Shown: in pieces, positions 11,536-21,393 of the stretch | Numbering within the stretch: the first letter of the stretch is position 1 | How the letters are laid out: each line of letters opens with the position of its first letter | DNA from: Roseibacillus sp. | Lineage (GTDB): Bacteria; Verrucomicrobiota; Verrucomicrobiia; Verrucomicrobiales; Akkermansiaceae | DNA length: 64,000 bases | NCBI GenBank assembly: GCA_965242925.1 | Contig: CBDEUM010000013.1 | Span: 128,001 to 192,000, forward strand | Reading direction: 5' to 3' | The notes under the pieces: generated by a model | The model's input: only the letters and a program-made list of their open reading frames with translations | What the model was told of the DNA's origin: nothing | Database searches by the model: none | Translations under genes and position numbers: made by a program

Positions 11536-12543
11536 CTACGACAAGGAACGCGCCACCCTGGCCGCCAGCTCCATGAGGCGGCACGCATAGCCAAGCTCGT
11601 TGTCATACCACACCAGCACCTTCAATTGGGTTCCATCGTTCACCATGGTGGCCGGTCCATCCACAATTCCGGAACGGACATCATTGACGAAATCCGCGGA
11701 GACCAGGGGCTTCTCTTCAAACCCGAGAATTCCCTTCAGTTCCCCCTCGGAAGCCTCCCTCAGGAAACCGTTCACTTCCGGTGCACTGGTCTCCCGTGCA
11801 AGTTCGAAGACGCAGTCCGTCAGGCTGGCATTGAGGAGCGGCAGGCGCACTGCCAGACCGTTCAGTTTCCCTTCCAGTTCGGGATAGATCATCGTGATCG
11901 CGGTGGCCGATCCCGTGGTGGTGGGGATGAGGGAATTGAGCGCCGAGCGCGCCCGCCGGAAATCCTTGTGAGGTGCATCCACCACCACCTGGGTATTGGT
12001 CACATTGTGCAGGGTGGTGATCAGGCCGTGCACGATTCCAATCTTCTCCTGGATCACCTTCACCACGGGAGCAAGGCAGTTTGTCGTGCACGAGGCCGCG
12101 GTCACCAGGTCGTGCCGGGCCGGATCGTAGAGCCGGTCGTTGCAGCCCATCACAATATTGAGCGCCTCCTTGACCGGGGCCGCCACCACCACCTTGCGCA
12201 CGCCACCATCGAAATATGGCTGCAGCACCTCCCTGCTGCGAAAGGCTCCTGAACTTTCCACCACCAGGTCAATCCCCATGCCCGCCCAGTCCACTTCGCC
12301 CGGGGTCGGCTTCTCGCTGAAGCTGACTTCCTTCCCCTCCACCACGAACCGATCCTCCTCCGCCTGGATGCCACGATCCCAGCGTCCGTGTACCGTATCG
12401 TACTCCAGAAGGTGCGCCGCCAACTTGCAGCCGCCCTTGAGCTCGTTGACATGGACAATTTCGAGGTCCTCGTCGTCCCAGCCTACCCTGAGACCCAGGC
12501 GACCCATCCGCCCGAAGCCGTTGATTCCCACCCGTATGCTCAT
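11536..12543 (-). CDS. gap: ArsJ-associated glyceraldehyde-3-phosphate dehydrogenase
   Basis: [41 protein letters not shown]; between arsR and arsJ. Confidence 0.93.
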   Translation of the reverse strand: MSIRVGINGFGRMGRLGLRVGWDDEDLEIVHVNELKGGCKLAAHLLEYDTVHGRWDRGIQAEEDRFVVEGKEVSFSEKPTPGEVDWAGMGIDLVVESSGAFRSREVLQPYFDGGVRKVVVAAPVKEALNIVMGCNDRLYDPARHDLVTAASCTTNCLAPVVKVIQEKIGIVHGLITTLHNVTNTQVVVDAPHKDFRRARSALNSLIPTTTGSATAITMIYPELEGKLNGLAVRLPLLNASLTDCVFELARETSAPEVNGFLREASEGELKGILGFEEKPLVSADFVNDVRSGIVDGPATMVNDGTQLKVLVWYDNELGYACRLMELAARVARSLS

Positions 12544-12567
12544 CGTTGCTCCGTGTTCATGTTTGCT

Positions 12568-12903
12568 TCAGCAACAGGACTCGGCCTTGCCGAGACGCCT
12601 CGAATTCGAAAGACAAAGTTCCGGGCGTCCCTGGCAGCAATCCTCCGTCAGGAAATCCATCAGTTCGCGAAAGCCGGAAACGCGCACTCCATAGAATATC
12701 ACCCGGCCCTCCCGCTCCGCCTCGATCAAACCCGACCGGCTGAGCTCCTTGAGATGGAACGAGAGCGTCGGCTTGGGTAGTTCCAGCCGCTCCGCCAGCT
12801 CCCCCGCACAGAGCCGCCCCAGGGACACCAGCAAACGGAAGACCTCCAGCCGGGACGGATGCGCAAGGGCGGTCAGTGCCTGCACCGCTTGATTTATTTC
12901 CAT
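12568..12903 (-). CDS. arsR: ArsR/SmtB-family metalloregulator with C-terminal Cys cluster
   Basis: ALAHPSRLEVFRLL, PTLSFHLKEL, FLTEDCCQGRPELC, terminal CC. Confidence 0.9.
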   Translation of the reverse strand: MEINQAVQALTALAHPSRLEVFRLLVSLGRLCAGELAERLELPKPTLSFHLKELSRSGLIEAEREGRVIFYGVRVSGFRELMDFLTEDCCQGRPELCLSNSRRLGKAESCC

Positions 12904-12916
12904 AGTTCTAGAAATA
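12895..12916. promoter_or_regulatory. Candidate ArsR operator overlapping the arsR start codon
   Basis: Palindrome TATTTC-N10-GAAATA spanning the ATG. Confidence 0.55.
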
Positions 12917-13212
12917 CAAAAATATAATCCTGCGGACAAGACTTAATACGGTATCCAGATCGACATTCCACTTGCCGTGAGTTCGCGTGCATTGGCAGAA
13001 AGCGATGCCGCCCCCGGTGAGTGGGATCACAATCAGGCAGGGTCACTCTCCCGGTTCCGCCACCCCTGGCCATCGGGACACACCCTCCACCGCCAGGACT
13101 CCGACTCTCCTCCTCCCCTTGGCAGGATCCCCGCACACCTCCCCTTCCACCTCGGCAACCCCTGCGGATTCTGCTGCTGGCACCAGCACAAATCCTTCCC
13201 GGCATGATGAGA

Positions 13213-16200
13213 TCACCGTGATTGGGCTATCGTCACAATGTTGTCCGTATCTGCCCTGACTTGGTGAGTCGACTCGCTCCCGTCCGGCCAGCGGACCGAA
13301 AGCTCCATATCCCTTCCGGGCCGTGCGAAGCACAGGAGGCCTCCCGAGCGGGTGGAATATCCCCCCCCAACCTGTTGCTCCCGCAATTGATGGCCCAGCC
13401 GGACCCTTGCACCAACCGCTTGCGGGTTGCCCTTGGTTCCCACCAGGCGCACCCTCAGCGGCAGCTTGCCGCCACGACGGAGGAAGGTCATCACGGGCTC
13501 CTCATTGATTCCGAAGACCAGATCCAAACGCCCGTCCGTATTGAGATCCACCACCGAAAGGCTCTTCCCGGCCCCGGGAACCTCGACTCCACTGGCAACA
13601 GGTGCAACAGGAGTAAACTGCCCCCCTCCGTCATTGAGCAGGACCTGGCCCAGGCCGCCGTCCATCCGCCCGGTCTCACGTTGGGGGCTGAAGGAATTCT
13701 GTGCCAGGACGGCGTCAAGGTCTCCGTCTCCATCGAGGTCCTCCAGCACCACACCGTAGGACGGTGCAATCTGTGCGATACGTGGCAGGGAACGCCACGT
13801 GAAGACGGCACTGCCGTCGTTGACCAGGATTCCACTCTCAAGGACATTTGCCTCCCGTCGCAGGGACTTTGACAGCCGGAGATCACTATAGATGTCATCC
13901 AGAACCGCACTGGCAAAGTTGTGGAAGGTCTCTAGTTTCACATCAAGAAAGGGCATCGCGTCGCGCGAACAACTGAAACCCCGCCGGGGAAGAAGGCGGC
14001 CTTCCGTATCATACTTGGCCTCCACGAGGTGGGACTTCCCACTTCCGTCGAGATCGCCGTAGTAGATCAACTCAGGGGATTCCGGGCTCGCCTTGTATTT
14101 TGAGTTCAGGCCGTTGTTGGTCACAAGGTAGTCGAGGTCGCCATCACCATCGATGTCTCCGCCTGCAATCCCGTTCCACCAACCCAGCCGGTCAGCGAGC
14201 TGGGACTCCGCGGTTCGATCGACGAGGACTCCCTCTTCGTTCCGAAAATAGCGCACCGGTCCCCACTCAACAGTAAGCAGAAGGTCACTCCAGCCATCAT
14301 CGTCAACATCCGACCAGAGGGCCCCGGTCACCATCCCGACCTCGTCCGCCCCGGGGAACTGCTCCGGGCCGGCCGGCACGAATGTTCCGTCCGTGTTGAT
14401 GAGCAGGTGACTCGGTGGAGCGAGGGGAAAGCTCCCCGGCACCACCCGCCCTCCAACGAAGAGATCAAGGTCACCGTCCCGGTCAAAGTCTCCCGCCGCC
14501 ACCGGCCCGGAACTGGTGCGAAAATCGGGAAGCGCTCCCTTCCCCGCGGGAGAAAGACCTCCCCGACCGTCGTTAAGATAGAGACGGTCACGATAGCTGA
14601 CGTGACCCTCCGCCTCTTCCACTCCACCACTCGCCACGAAAAGGTCCCGATCGCCGTCGCTGTCCGCGTCAAAGAACAGAGCTCCCAGGTCCTCCGCCCC
14701 GGCATCAGCAGCAAGCGCCTCCACTTCACCGACAGAGAACCGGCCATCACCCCCGTTGAAGTGAATCTGCCCTGGATATCCCCGGGATCCTCCGAGAAAG
14801 AAATCCTCATCCCCATCACCATCGAGATCGCCCCAGGCCACACAGGGACCCTGCTGTGAGAGTTTGTTGGGCAAGAGCGGCTGCCGGGAAAAATCGTCAA
14901 AAGGCTGCTCCCGGTGGATCGCGGTGGAAAGATGATCCGACCGCTCAAACAGGACCGGAAGAGCCGAATCAGCCGGGGGATCCGGCTGCCCGACCGGCTC
15001 GGTAATCAAGTGGTAATGATCAGCCTCGAGATCCGTGAGAAGCTGACGCGTCCCTCCGGGCCAGAGAATCTCGATCCTGTCAATGGTCCTCGCCGATCCC
15101 AACCCGAAGCAGGCGGCGGTATCACTGGCGGAGAGCCAGCCCCGCGCGGCGGTTACGAAGCGGGTCTGCTTACCCATCGCGGTTGTCACCGTAATAGTGG
15201 CTCCCAACCCGTCCCGGTTGCTTGCCCGGCCCATCAATTTGATCACCACACGATGAGTGTCGGCAACCCGGTTGCGATAGAGCGTGACCGGTTCCCCCGC
15301 ATTGCTGACGGCCAGATCCGGATCTCCATCACCATCAAAATCGGCACTGGCAGCACCGAAACTCACGCCAAGATGTTCCAGCCCCCACTCCGCACCGGCT
15401 GATTTGAACTTGAGATCTCCCAGGTTCCGGAAGGCCATGTTCTTTTCCTTCCGCAACGGTTTCTCAAGCCAGAACCTGGCATACTCGGGGGTCCCCGGCT
15501 GCAGGTTCTTCCTGGAATAATCGGAGAGGTCGCTGTTCATGTTGTCGCGCATTACCCCGTTGGTCACGTAGATATCAGCGCGCCCATCCTGGTCGTAGTC
15601 CTCAATACGCGGCGTCCACGTCCAGTCCGTGCTCGCCAGCCCGGCAAGGAAGGCGGCCTCCCGAAACCGTCCTGTGCCTGAGTTGAGGAGCAGCGCATTG
15701 CGCATGTACTGCCGTGGCTCGGGCCACTCAAGGAACCAACCCATGTCGTCCATGTTCCCCATCATCACCTTCTCCCGGTAATGCGAGCTCGCCGACATGT
15801 CGGAAGCGAAGAGATCAAGCAACCCGTCATTGTCGAGATCACCGACATCGCTTCCCATTGAGAACCAGGGCGTATGGGGCACTGCTTCCCTCGCGACATC
15901 CTCAAATGTGCCATCTCCACGGTTACGGTAGAGCATGTCAGGCCCCGTGAAATCGTTGGACACATAGAGGTCCGCGTCTCCATCGGCATCATAGTCAATC
16001 CAGGTAGAGGACAGCGTGAAGTAAGCACCCTTGATCCCCGCCACCCTGGAGACATCAACGAACTGCCCGCCGTCATTACGGAAGAGCCGATCACGCTGCC
16101 CCGCCTCCACACGCTGCGCCTTGTCCCCGGGCTTTATCAGGATTTCCCAGTACTCGCTCAGCTCGGGAATTACCACCGGGATTTCCTTTCCGTCACTCTC

Positions 16201-16911
16201 CCGGGGGACGAACTTCACCCTGAAGTCCGTTCCCGGTGGAGGTGCCACCGCAGTGGTCGCAAGGTAGCCGTCAAGATCGCCGTCATTATCAATATCCGTG
16301 AAGCTCATCATCATGCTCCCGCCATTGAAGTCGAGGCCCACCTCCGCGGCCCGGTCGACAAACCTTCCCGTGCCGTCATTTATGTAGAGCTTGTTGGGCC
16401 GGGTATAGCCACAGGCGTAGAGATCGAGATCTCCGTCATCGTCAATATCGACGAAACTCGCACCGGTTCCCCAGAAGCCCGGATCGGAGACCCCGGACGC
16501 CTTGGTCACATCTTCAAACTTAAATCCTCCCGTGTTTCGGTAGAGCCGGTTGCCCCCCGAGGGACTGGTAATGTAGAGATCCGGCAACCCGTCGCCATCA
16601 TAGTCACCCGCGCAGATCCCCCCGGAGGGATTGAGGAAGATGAACTCCTTGAGGACGCTGGCCGGGTCATCCCAATGCATGCCGTAGTCAATTCCCGTCC
16701 GCCCGGCCGGGAGCGCCTCAAAGAGGGCCTCCCCCTCGGCCCGGACCGCACGGACCGGGAGAGGTCGGGATTCGACGGTCCCTGGTGCCGGGGCCACCCC
16801 ACCGCGATCAGGATCCGGGCCGGCAGATGTTCCTGCCGGTTTGTCGCAACCCGCCACCACGAGCACCAGGGGTATCGCTGCACCAGCAAGCAGGTGGGAA
16901 ATCGGATTCAT
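13213..16911 (-). CDS. Double FG-GAP/VCBS repeat + ASPIC-UnbV lipoprotein (CRTAC1-like)
   Basis: Lipobox VVAGC; many GDxDGDGxxD repeats; FSMGSDVGD, QYMRNAL, TDWTW, GWLSAS..FGLG; no internal stop. Confidence 0.88.
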   Translation of the reverse strand: MNPISHLLAGAAIPLVLVVAGCDKPAGTSAGPDPDRGGVAPAPGTVESRPLPVRAVRAEGEALFEALPAGRTGIDYGMHWDDPASVLKEFIFLNPSGGICAGDYDGDGLPDLYITSPSGGNRLYRNTGGFKFEDVTKASGVSDPGFWGTGASFVDIDDDGDLDLYACGYTRPNKLYINDGTGRFVDRAAEVGLDFNGGSMMMSFTDIDNDGDLDGYLATTAVAPPPGTDFRVKFVPRESDGKEIPVVIPELSEYWEILIKPGDKAQRVEAGQRDRLFRNDGGQFVDVSRVAGIKGAYFTLSSTWIDYDADGDADLYVSNDFTGPDMLYRNRGDGTFEDVAREAVPHTPWFSMGSDVGDLDNDGLLDLFASDMSASSHYREKVMMGNMDDMGWFLEWPEPRQYMRNALLLNSGTGRFREAAFLAGLASTDWTWTPRIEDYDQDGRADIYVTNGVMRDNMNSDLSDYSRKNLQPGTPEYARFWLEKPLRKEKNMAFRNLGDLKFKSAGAEWGLEHLGVSFGAASADFDGDGDPDLAVSNAGEPVTLYRNRVADTHRVVIKLMGRASNRDGLGATITVTTAMGKQTRFVTAARGWLSASDTAACFGLGSARTIDRIEILWPGGTRQLLTDLEADHYHLITEPVGQPDPPADSALPVLFERSDHLSTAIHREQPFDDFSRQPLLPNKLSQQGPCVAWGDLDGDGDEDFFLGGSRGYPGQIHFNGGDGRFSVGEVEALAADAGAEDLGALFFDADSDGDRDLFVASGGVEEAEGHVSYRDRLYLNDGRGGLSPAGKGALPDFRTSSGPVAAGDFDRDGDLDLFVGGRVVPGSFPLAPPSHLLINTDGTFVPAGPEQFPGADEVGMVTGALWSDVDDDGWSDLLLTVEWGPVRYFRNEEGVLVDRTAESQLADRLGWWNGIAGGDIDGDGDLDYLVTNNGLNSKYKASPESPELIYYGDLDGSGKSHLVEAKYDTEGRLLPRRGFSCSRDAMPFLDVKLETFHNFASAVLDDIYSDLRLSKSLRREANVLESGILVNDGSAVFTWRSLPRIAQIAPSYGVVLEDLDGDGDLDAVLAQNSFSPQRETGRMDGGLGQVLLNDGGGQFTPVAPVASGVEVPGAGKSLSVVDLNTDGRLDLVFGINEEPVMTFLRRGGKLPLRVRLVGTKGNPQAVGARVRLGHQLREQQVGGGYSTRSGGLLCFARPGRDMELSVRWPDGSESTHQVRADTDNIVTIAQSR

Positions 16912-16931
16912 TGCTCTCGTGGAGTGGAGCC

Positions 16932-16955
16932 TGCCACCCTGTCAGCAGGGTGGCA
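16932..16955. other. GC-rich hairpin between the PEP-CTERM gene and the FG-GAP gene
   Basis: TGCCACCCTG-TCAG-CAGGGTGGCA; no U-tract, so possibly an mRNA stabiliser or attenuator. Confidence 0.5.
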
Positions 16956-17031
16956 ACCATAGCTGTAAAAAGGGCAACACCCGCCACGGAAGATCCGGGC
17001 GGGTGCTGAAAGGAAAAACTGCTGCCTCTCT

Positions 17032-17925
17032 CTACTGAGAGCGGCGCCTCCGGAGGAGAAATGCGAAACCGGTAAGACCCAGCAGACTGAAAACGGCTGG
17101 CTCCGGGATCACACTATCCGCTCCCAGTGCGATACTCGCATCGACAAAGGACTGATCCGCCGCGTTATCCCAGATGCGGAACTCCTCGAAGGTCCCGTCG
17201 AGGGTGCCATCATTGATCCAGGTCGAGCGACCGAGCCAGGTGTTGACATCATTGATGTCCCCCAGAGTCCGAGGGGCAACTCCGTCAACAGTCACGTGCT
17301 CACCATTGCGCCAGTAATTGATGACGCTCTGGGTTCCGTCACCTTCTACCGAAACGGCAAAGTGAAAGATCTCACCAAAGGTGGTATTCAAATTCGAGTC
17401 CAGGGTCGTGACCCCACCGCCGCCCGGATCCTCATTACGCCATTCAATCCGTTGCTGGTTGTAGTTCCCTCCACGGGAAGCCGACAGCATGAGGTAATCG
17501 CGTCCGTCCGTACCGCCGCCGTTGGTATTGCCGGGACCTGTGATCTCACCAGCCGCCGGGTCTCCCTGAGTGCTGCCAATATCGAAAATCCGCGTCCAGC
17601 CTCCACCACCACTTGAGTCAACCGAGACCCAACCTTCAAGAGTCACGGTGGAATGGACCGAGAGCAGGTTATTGGGGAGGTCGCCGTAGGCTGCCCGCCC
17701 GTTCATTGAGTCCCCCCCGGGAAGATCAAGTCCCGTCCCGGTGAAGTTGGCGCCGTCACCCCGGACGAATCCAGTTGCTCCTCCGACAGAATCCACAAAG
17801 GCGGACCCATCGGCAGCTGAGCCCGCAGCTTCGTTGAAGCTCCAGCGATGGATGAGCGCCGAGGATCCCGGAAGGACCGTGCTGGCAAGAAGTGCCAGGG
17901 GAAGGAAATGTCTGTGCGTTTTCAT
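17032..17925 (-). CDS. PEP-CTERM protein with LamG/ConA-like domain
   Basis: Signal peptide; LIHRWSF, TLEGW, WTRIFD, WLGRS, GTFEEFRIWD; C-terminal IPEPAVFSLLGLTGFAFLLRRRR. Confidence 0.9.
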   Translation of the reverse strand: MKTHRHFLPLALLASTVLPGSSALIHRWSFNEAAGSAADGSAFVDSVGGATGFVRGDGANFTGTGLDLPGGDSMNGRAAYGDLPNNLLSVHSTVTLEGWVSVDSSGGGGWTRIFDIGSTQGDPAAGEITGPGNTNGGGTDGRDYLMLSASRGGNYNQQRIEWRNEDPGGGGVTTLDSNLNTTFGEIFHFAVSVEGDGTQSVINYWRNGEHVTVDGVAPRTLGDINDVNTWLGRSTWINDGTLDGTFEEFRIWDNAADQSFVDASIALGADSVIPEPAVFSLLGLTGFAFLLRRRRSQ

Positions 17926-18028
17926 GATGTATCCTCTGGGCTTATTGCCCAGATGGGACGAATAGCTCATTCCACCAATTTCTCGGACCCAGTCAACAGA
18001 AAATGTAACTCATGCAGTTCTCAGCAAT

Positions 18029-20479
18029 TCATGAACTTTCACTAATGTAATGTAGTTTTTGGGTCTCGAGATTCTCGAGCACCTGGATTTTCCCTGAAGG
18101 CCAGCGGATCGTGAGCCGATCCACTTGCTTGGCCGAACCCAGGCCAAAGTGAATGGAGTTACTGGCCTGGGAGCGGTAGGAATTCACCGGGAATTGATGT
18201 CGCACGATCAGGCGGCCCCCTGCCTCCGCCACCAGGCGGGCGCCGATCCCATGCCGGTTGCTGGTCGTCCCGCGCAAACGAACTGCAACCCAGTTTCCTG
18301 CTGGAAAACGGTTCTCGAATATAAGGACCGCACCTCCTCCCGTCTGGCGCACAATCAGTTCCTGCCGCCCATCTCCCTCAAGATCAGCGGCGACACAGGC
18401 CCGGGCATCTCCATCGCTGTCTGCGCCGGTCAGGTGACTGATCTCAAGGAAGCTCTCTCCTTCCATACTGAGAAAAGCCCGGTTCCTCTCATAGCTGCTC
18501 AGATTATTCTCCCAGTTGATCCTGAAGGGATCCTCCACCCAGAATTCTCCCAATGAAGGATCGGGAGCGCCAGGACAACTGGCAGTAGCTGAGCGGTTAA
18601 ATGGTTGTGACACGACAACCTGCCAGAGACAACTTCAGCCATCGGGCTTGCCCCGTTCCTGGCTGATGAATCCTGCGGTCGCGTAGAGGTCGAGCCAACC
18701 GTCATTGTTGAAGTCCGCCAGGCACGGTCCCCACGCCCATCCAACCGCGTTTACTCCCATCACGGTTCCAACCGGGGAGAATCGTTCTCCTTCCTGCCCG
18801 AGGTAGAGCTGGCTCCCATCAACCAGTCGTTCGAGTTTCCGGACCACCTGCCTGTCATATTCTCCCGGGGGAATATTGCCCATGACCCGCTGCCCGGCCT
18901 TGGAATACATTTCCCCGATATAAAGATCGGAGTAGCCATCGTTGTTGATGTCTCCCGCTGTCATTCCCATTGAACCAAAATCGGTTGGCGCCTCGTTCAG
19001 TTCCTTCCCCTGGAATTGTCCATTCGGACCATTGAGCAGCAGGATTCCATCTCCAAACTCGTCGATTACATAAAGGTCCGGCCTCAGGTCATCGTTTGCA
19101 TGGAACCAAACTGCGTTGCTGGTCGAACGCTGACCGCCATCGAGAGGCGCCCCATTGGTCGCATCCTCAAATTGCCAGCCCCCGACATTCCGCAGCAACT
19201 GGTTGTTGGCCAGCTTGCCTGCCTTGCCGTCAATCCAGGATCCCGATTTGAACCCGCCTCCTGCTCCCCGGGTGACATAGAGGTCGACCTTTCCATCGAG
19301 GTCGTAATCTGCCAGCGAAATCCCGGTGGGTTTCACCTGAGTTTTTTCCAGAACCTGCTCCCGGGTGCTGGTCTTGAATTCTTCCCGCGACATCCCGATC
19401 AGAAAGGAGGTCAGGTTGCTGCGCTCCGTGATGTCCTGAAAAAAACGACCGTTCAGATTACGGTAGAGGCGGTAGCCATCCGGATGGTGGGCAATGCCGT
19501 GGATGAGATCCTCCCAGCCGTCGCCATCCAGATCGACAAAAGCCGCAAAGCCCCCTCCCAGGTGACCACGTATGCCCAGGGCCTGCGTCCCTTCCCGAAA
19601 CAATCCCCGCGGCTGGCCGACGAAAAAGCGTGAACCCCGCATGTCGGTCACGAAGAGGTCATGGCGCCCATCGTTGTTGAAATCACAAAGGTAAACTCCG
19701 CCCGTGTTCATCACCCTCCGGTTACGGGGCTCCTTCCAGTTATCCCAGAAGAGAGCATTGTTGATTCCGCGCCCGGCAGCTACTTCGGTCATGAGAGGCT
19801 CCCTGGCATGCCCAAGCACCGCACGTGTCACATGCATGGAGACAAGCCACCCCGGGGTCGCCAGCCGCTCCTCGTTCAAGGCCGAGACTCCGAACTGAAA
19901 AAAGAGGGTGAGCTCTCCCCGTGATCCTGCCGGACCCTCCGCGAACACCTCGATCTTTCCAGTCCCGGACCAGGGTCCCCCGGGGTTGTCCCGCTCCTCC
20001 GGAGAGAGCGTGATGACATGAGTCCGCAACGTGAGATCGGCGCGCCCGCTCTGATCGAGTTCAGCCAATCTTCCCAGGATCCAGTCGGTAATCCCCTCCC
20101 GCTCGACACGCCGCGATTGACTGCTGCCAACCTCTTCGCGCACCGCAAGGATACCAGCTTGGAAGGATTGGCCTTTTCCGGCAGCTGGATGCAGTCCCTT
20201 GAACCCGGGAGCAAGGATATCAACCAACTTCTGGCGGTTCCGTGACTGCAAGGCTTCTGCAATCTGGGAAAACCCAATCTCCTTCAGGAGATTGGCACGA
20301 TGCTCGGCATCCCATATGTAACTCCGTCCCTCCTCACTGATGAGCCTGGGCGGATCGTCCGGCTCCCGGGCCACGCGATCGCTCTCATCCTTCTCGGAAC
20401 AGGAGCAAAGGAGCAGGGCCACCACCCAGCAGGGTGCTGCCCTTGCCGCGGGGAACTCCGTCATCGGTCCGGGCATCAC
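18029..20479 (-). CDS. FG-GAP repeat / ASPIC-UnbV lipoprotein, about 816 aa, read through an in-frame TGA at 18637-18635 (candidate selenocysteine)
   Basis: Lipobox LCSC; DxNxDG repeats; ORFs 18635-20479 and 18029-18613 are in frame with 7 open codons (SCLWQVV) between them; NLSSYERNRAF and SYRSQ..IHFGLG (ASPIC/UnbV). Confidence 0.8.
18604..18633 (-). promoter_or_regulatory. Candidate SECIS hairpin 2
   Basis: After UGA: lower stem GUUGU/ACAAC, upper stem GGCA-GGU-UGUC; shares GGCAGGU with hairpin 1. Confidence 0.55.
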
Positions 20480-20808
20480 CTCTTTCCCTCCGTATCACCA
20501 CTCCCAGCCAGCCTCGGACAGTGGCCCGGCGATGTTGTCTCCATCGAAATCGAGAGACCTTCTCCCGACGATCTGCCCCGGTGGCCCGAAACTTTACCCA
20601 ACGACCCCGGCGCCGGGGTCCCCGGACAGCACCCCGCGAGGACGATGCGTCGGAGGAGACTGAAAGGGATGGCCATCATGAAGACTAACAGTCGCCCGAC
20701 TCCCCCCGCAAGTCTGTAAGCCCGGCGCATCAACGCCCTGGAAAGAACCCCGTATCAGGGGTGTCGGACCATCAATTCCTCTGGTTGACGGGGACGACAG
20801 GGTATGAA

Positions 20809-20836
20809 TTGACCCCTCTCCAAACCGTGGTATGGT
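20809..20836 (+). promoter_or_regulatory. Sigma70-like promoter
   Basis: TTGACC-N16-TATGGT with a TG extension; predicted start site coincides with ATG 20844 (leaderless). Confidence 0.5.
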
Positions 20837-20843
20837 TCCCGCC

Positions 20844-21269
20844 ATGCTCCGCAGAGTATCAGGTTCCGGATTTGCCATCGCGATGATCCTTCTCATCGCG
20901 CTGCGGATTCCTGCCTTCGCCTTTTGCGCGTGCGACCAGCAGGTCATTCTCAACAATGGTGCCTGCTGCCCGGATCAACCGACCGCCCAGGCTCAGGAGT
21001 GCGGTTGCTGTCCGGCCGAGACCGCTGCCAGGAGCGAACCCTGCCGGGACTGCGTGATCGTTATTTCCCTCAATCCCGGCGACTTCAACTGGTCTGCCGA
21101 CAGTTCCCGGGCCAAACGCGTTGAGGAAGCCCCTCCGGTGCTCCGGGCCGGTTTCCAGGACGATCTGCGCCCGGACCTTTCCCGCGCTTCTCTCCACGGT
21201 TCCATCCGTGGCTCTCCGCCCTTGGAACCGTTTCCGGTCCTCCTGCAGATCCAGGTCCTGAGACTTTGA
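20844..21269 (+). CDS. Small exported Cys-rich protein / candidate metal-sensing leader peptide
   Basis: Hydrophobic N-terminus; CAC, CC, CGCC, CRDC; RGSPP near the C-terminus; first ORF of the efflux operon. Confidence 0.6.
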   Translation: MLRRVSGSGFAIAMILLIALRIPAFAFCACDQQVILNNGACCPDQPTAQAQECGCCPAETAARSEPCRDCVIVISLNPGDFNWSADSSRAKRVEEAPPVLRAGFQDDLRPDLSRASLHGSIRGSPPLEPFPVLLQIQVLRL

Positions 21270-21393
21270 GACCCGCGCGGCCGACAGCGCTGCTGTCGTG
21301 ACCCCGATGTGCTGCTGCTCCCGGCAGCACTGCGCCCGCGCATTGACCGATAGAACCCCGGTCTCCCCCAGTCTCCAACCGCAGGACCATTCC

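Noticed and set aside
12544..12570. arsR ends CC-TGA in frame with the gapdh ATG (possible Sec or readthrough fusion)
   Set aside because: No hairpin after the UGA, gapdh has its own GGAG RBS, and both proteins are complete; in-frame spacing occurs one time in three by chance.
20480..20800. Short ORFs in the divergent intergenic region, and likewise at 12940-13210
   Set aside because: No motifs, low-complexity translations; more likely promoter or intergenic DNA.
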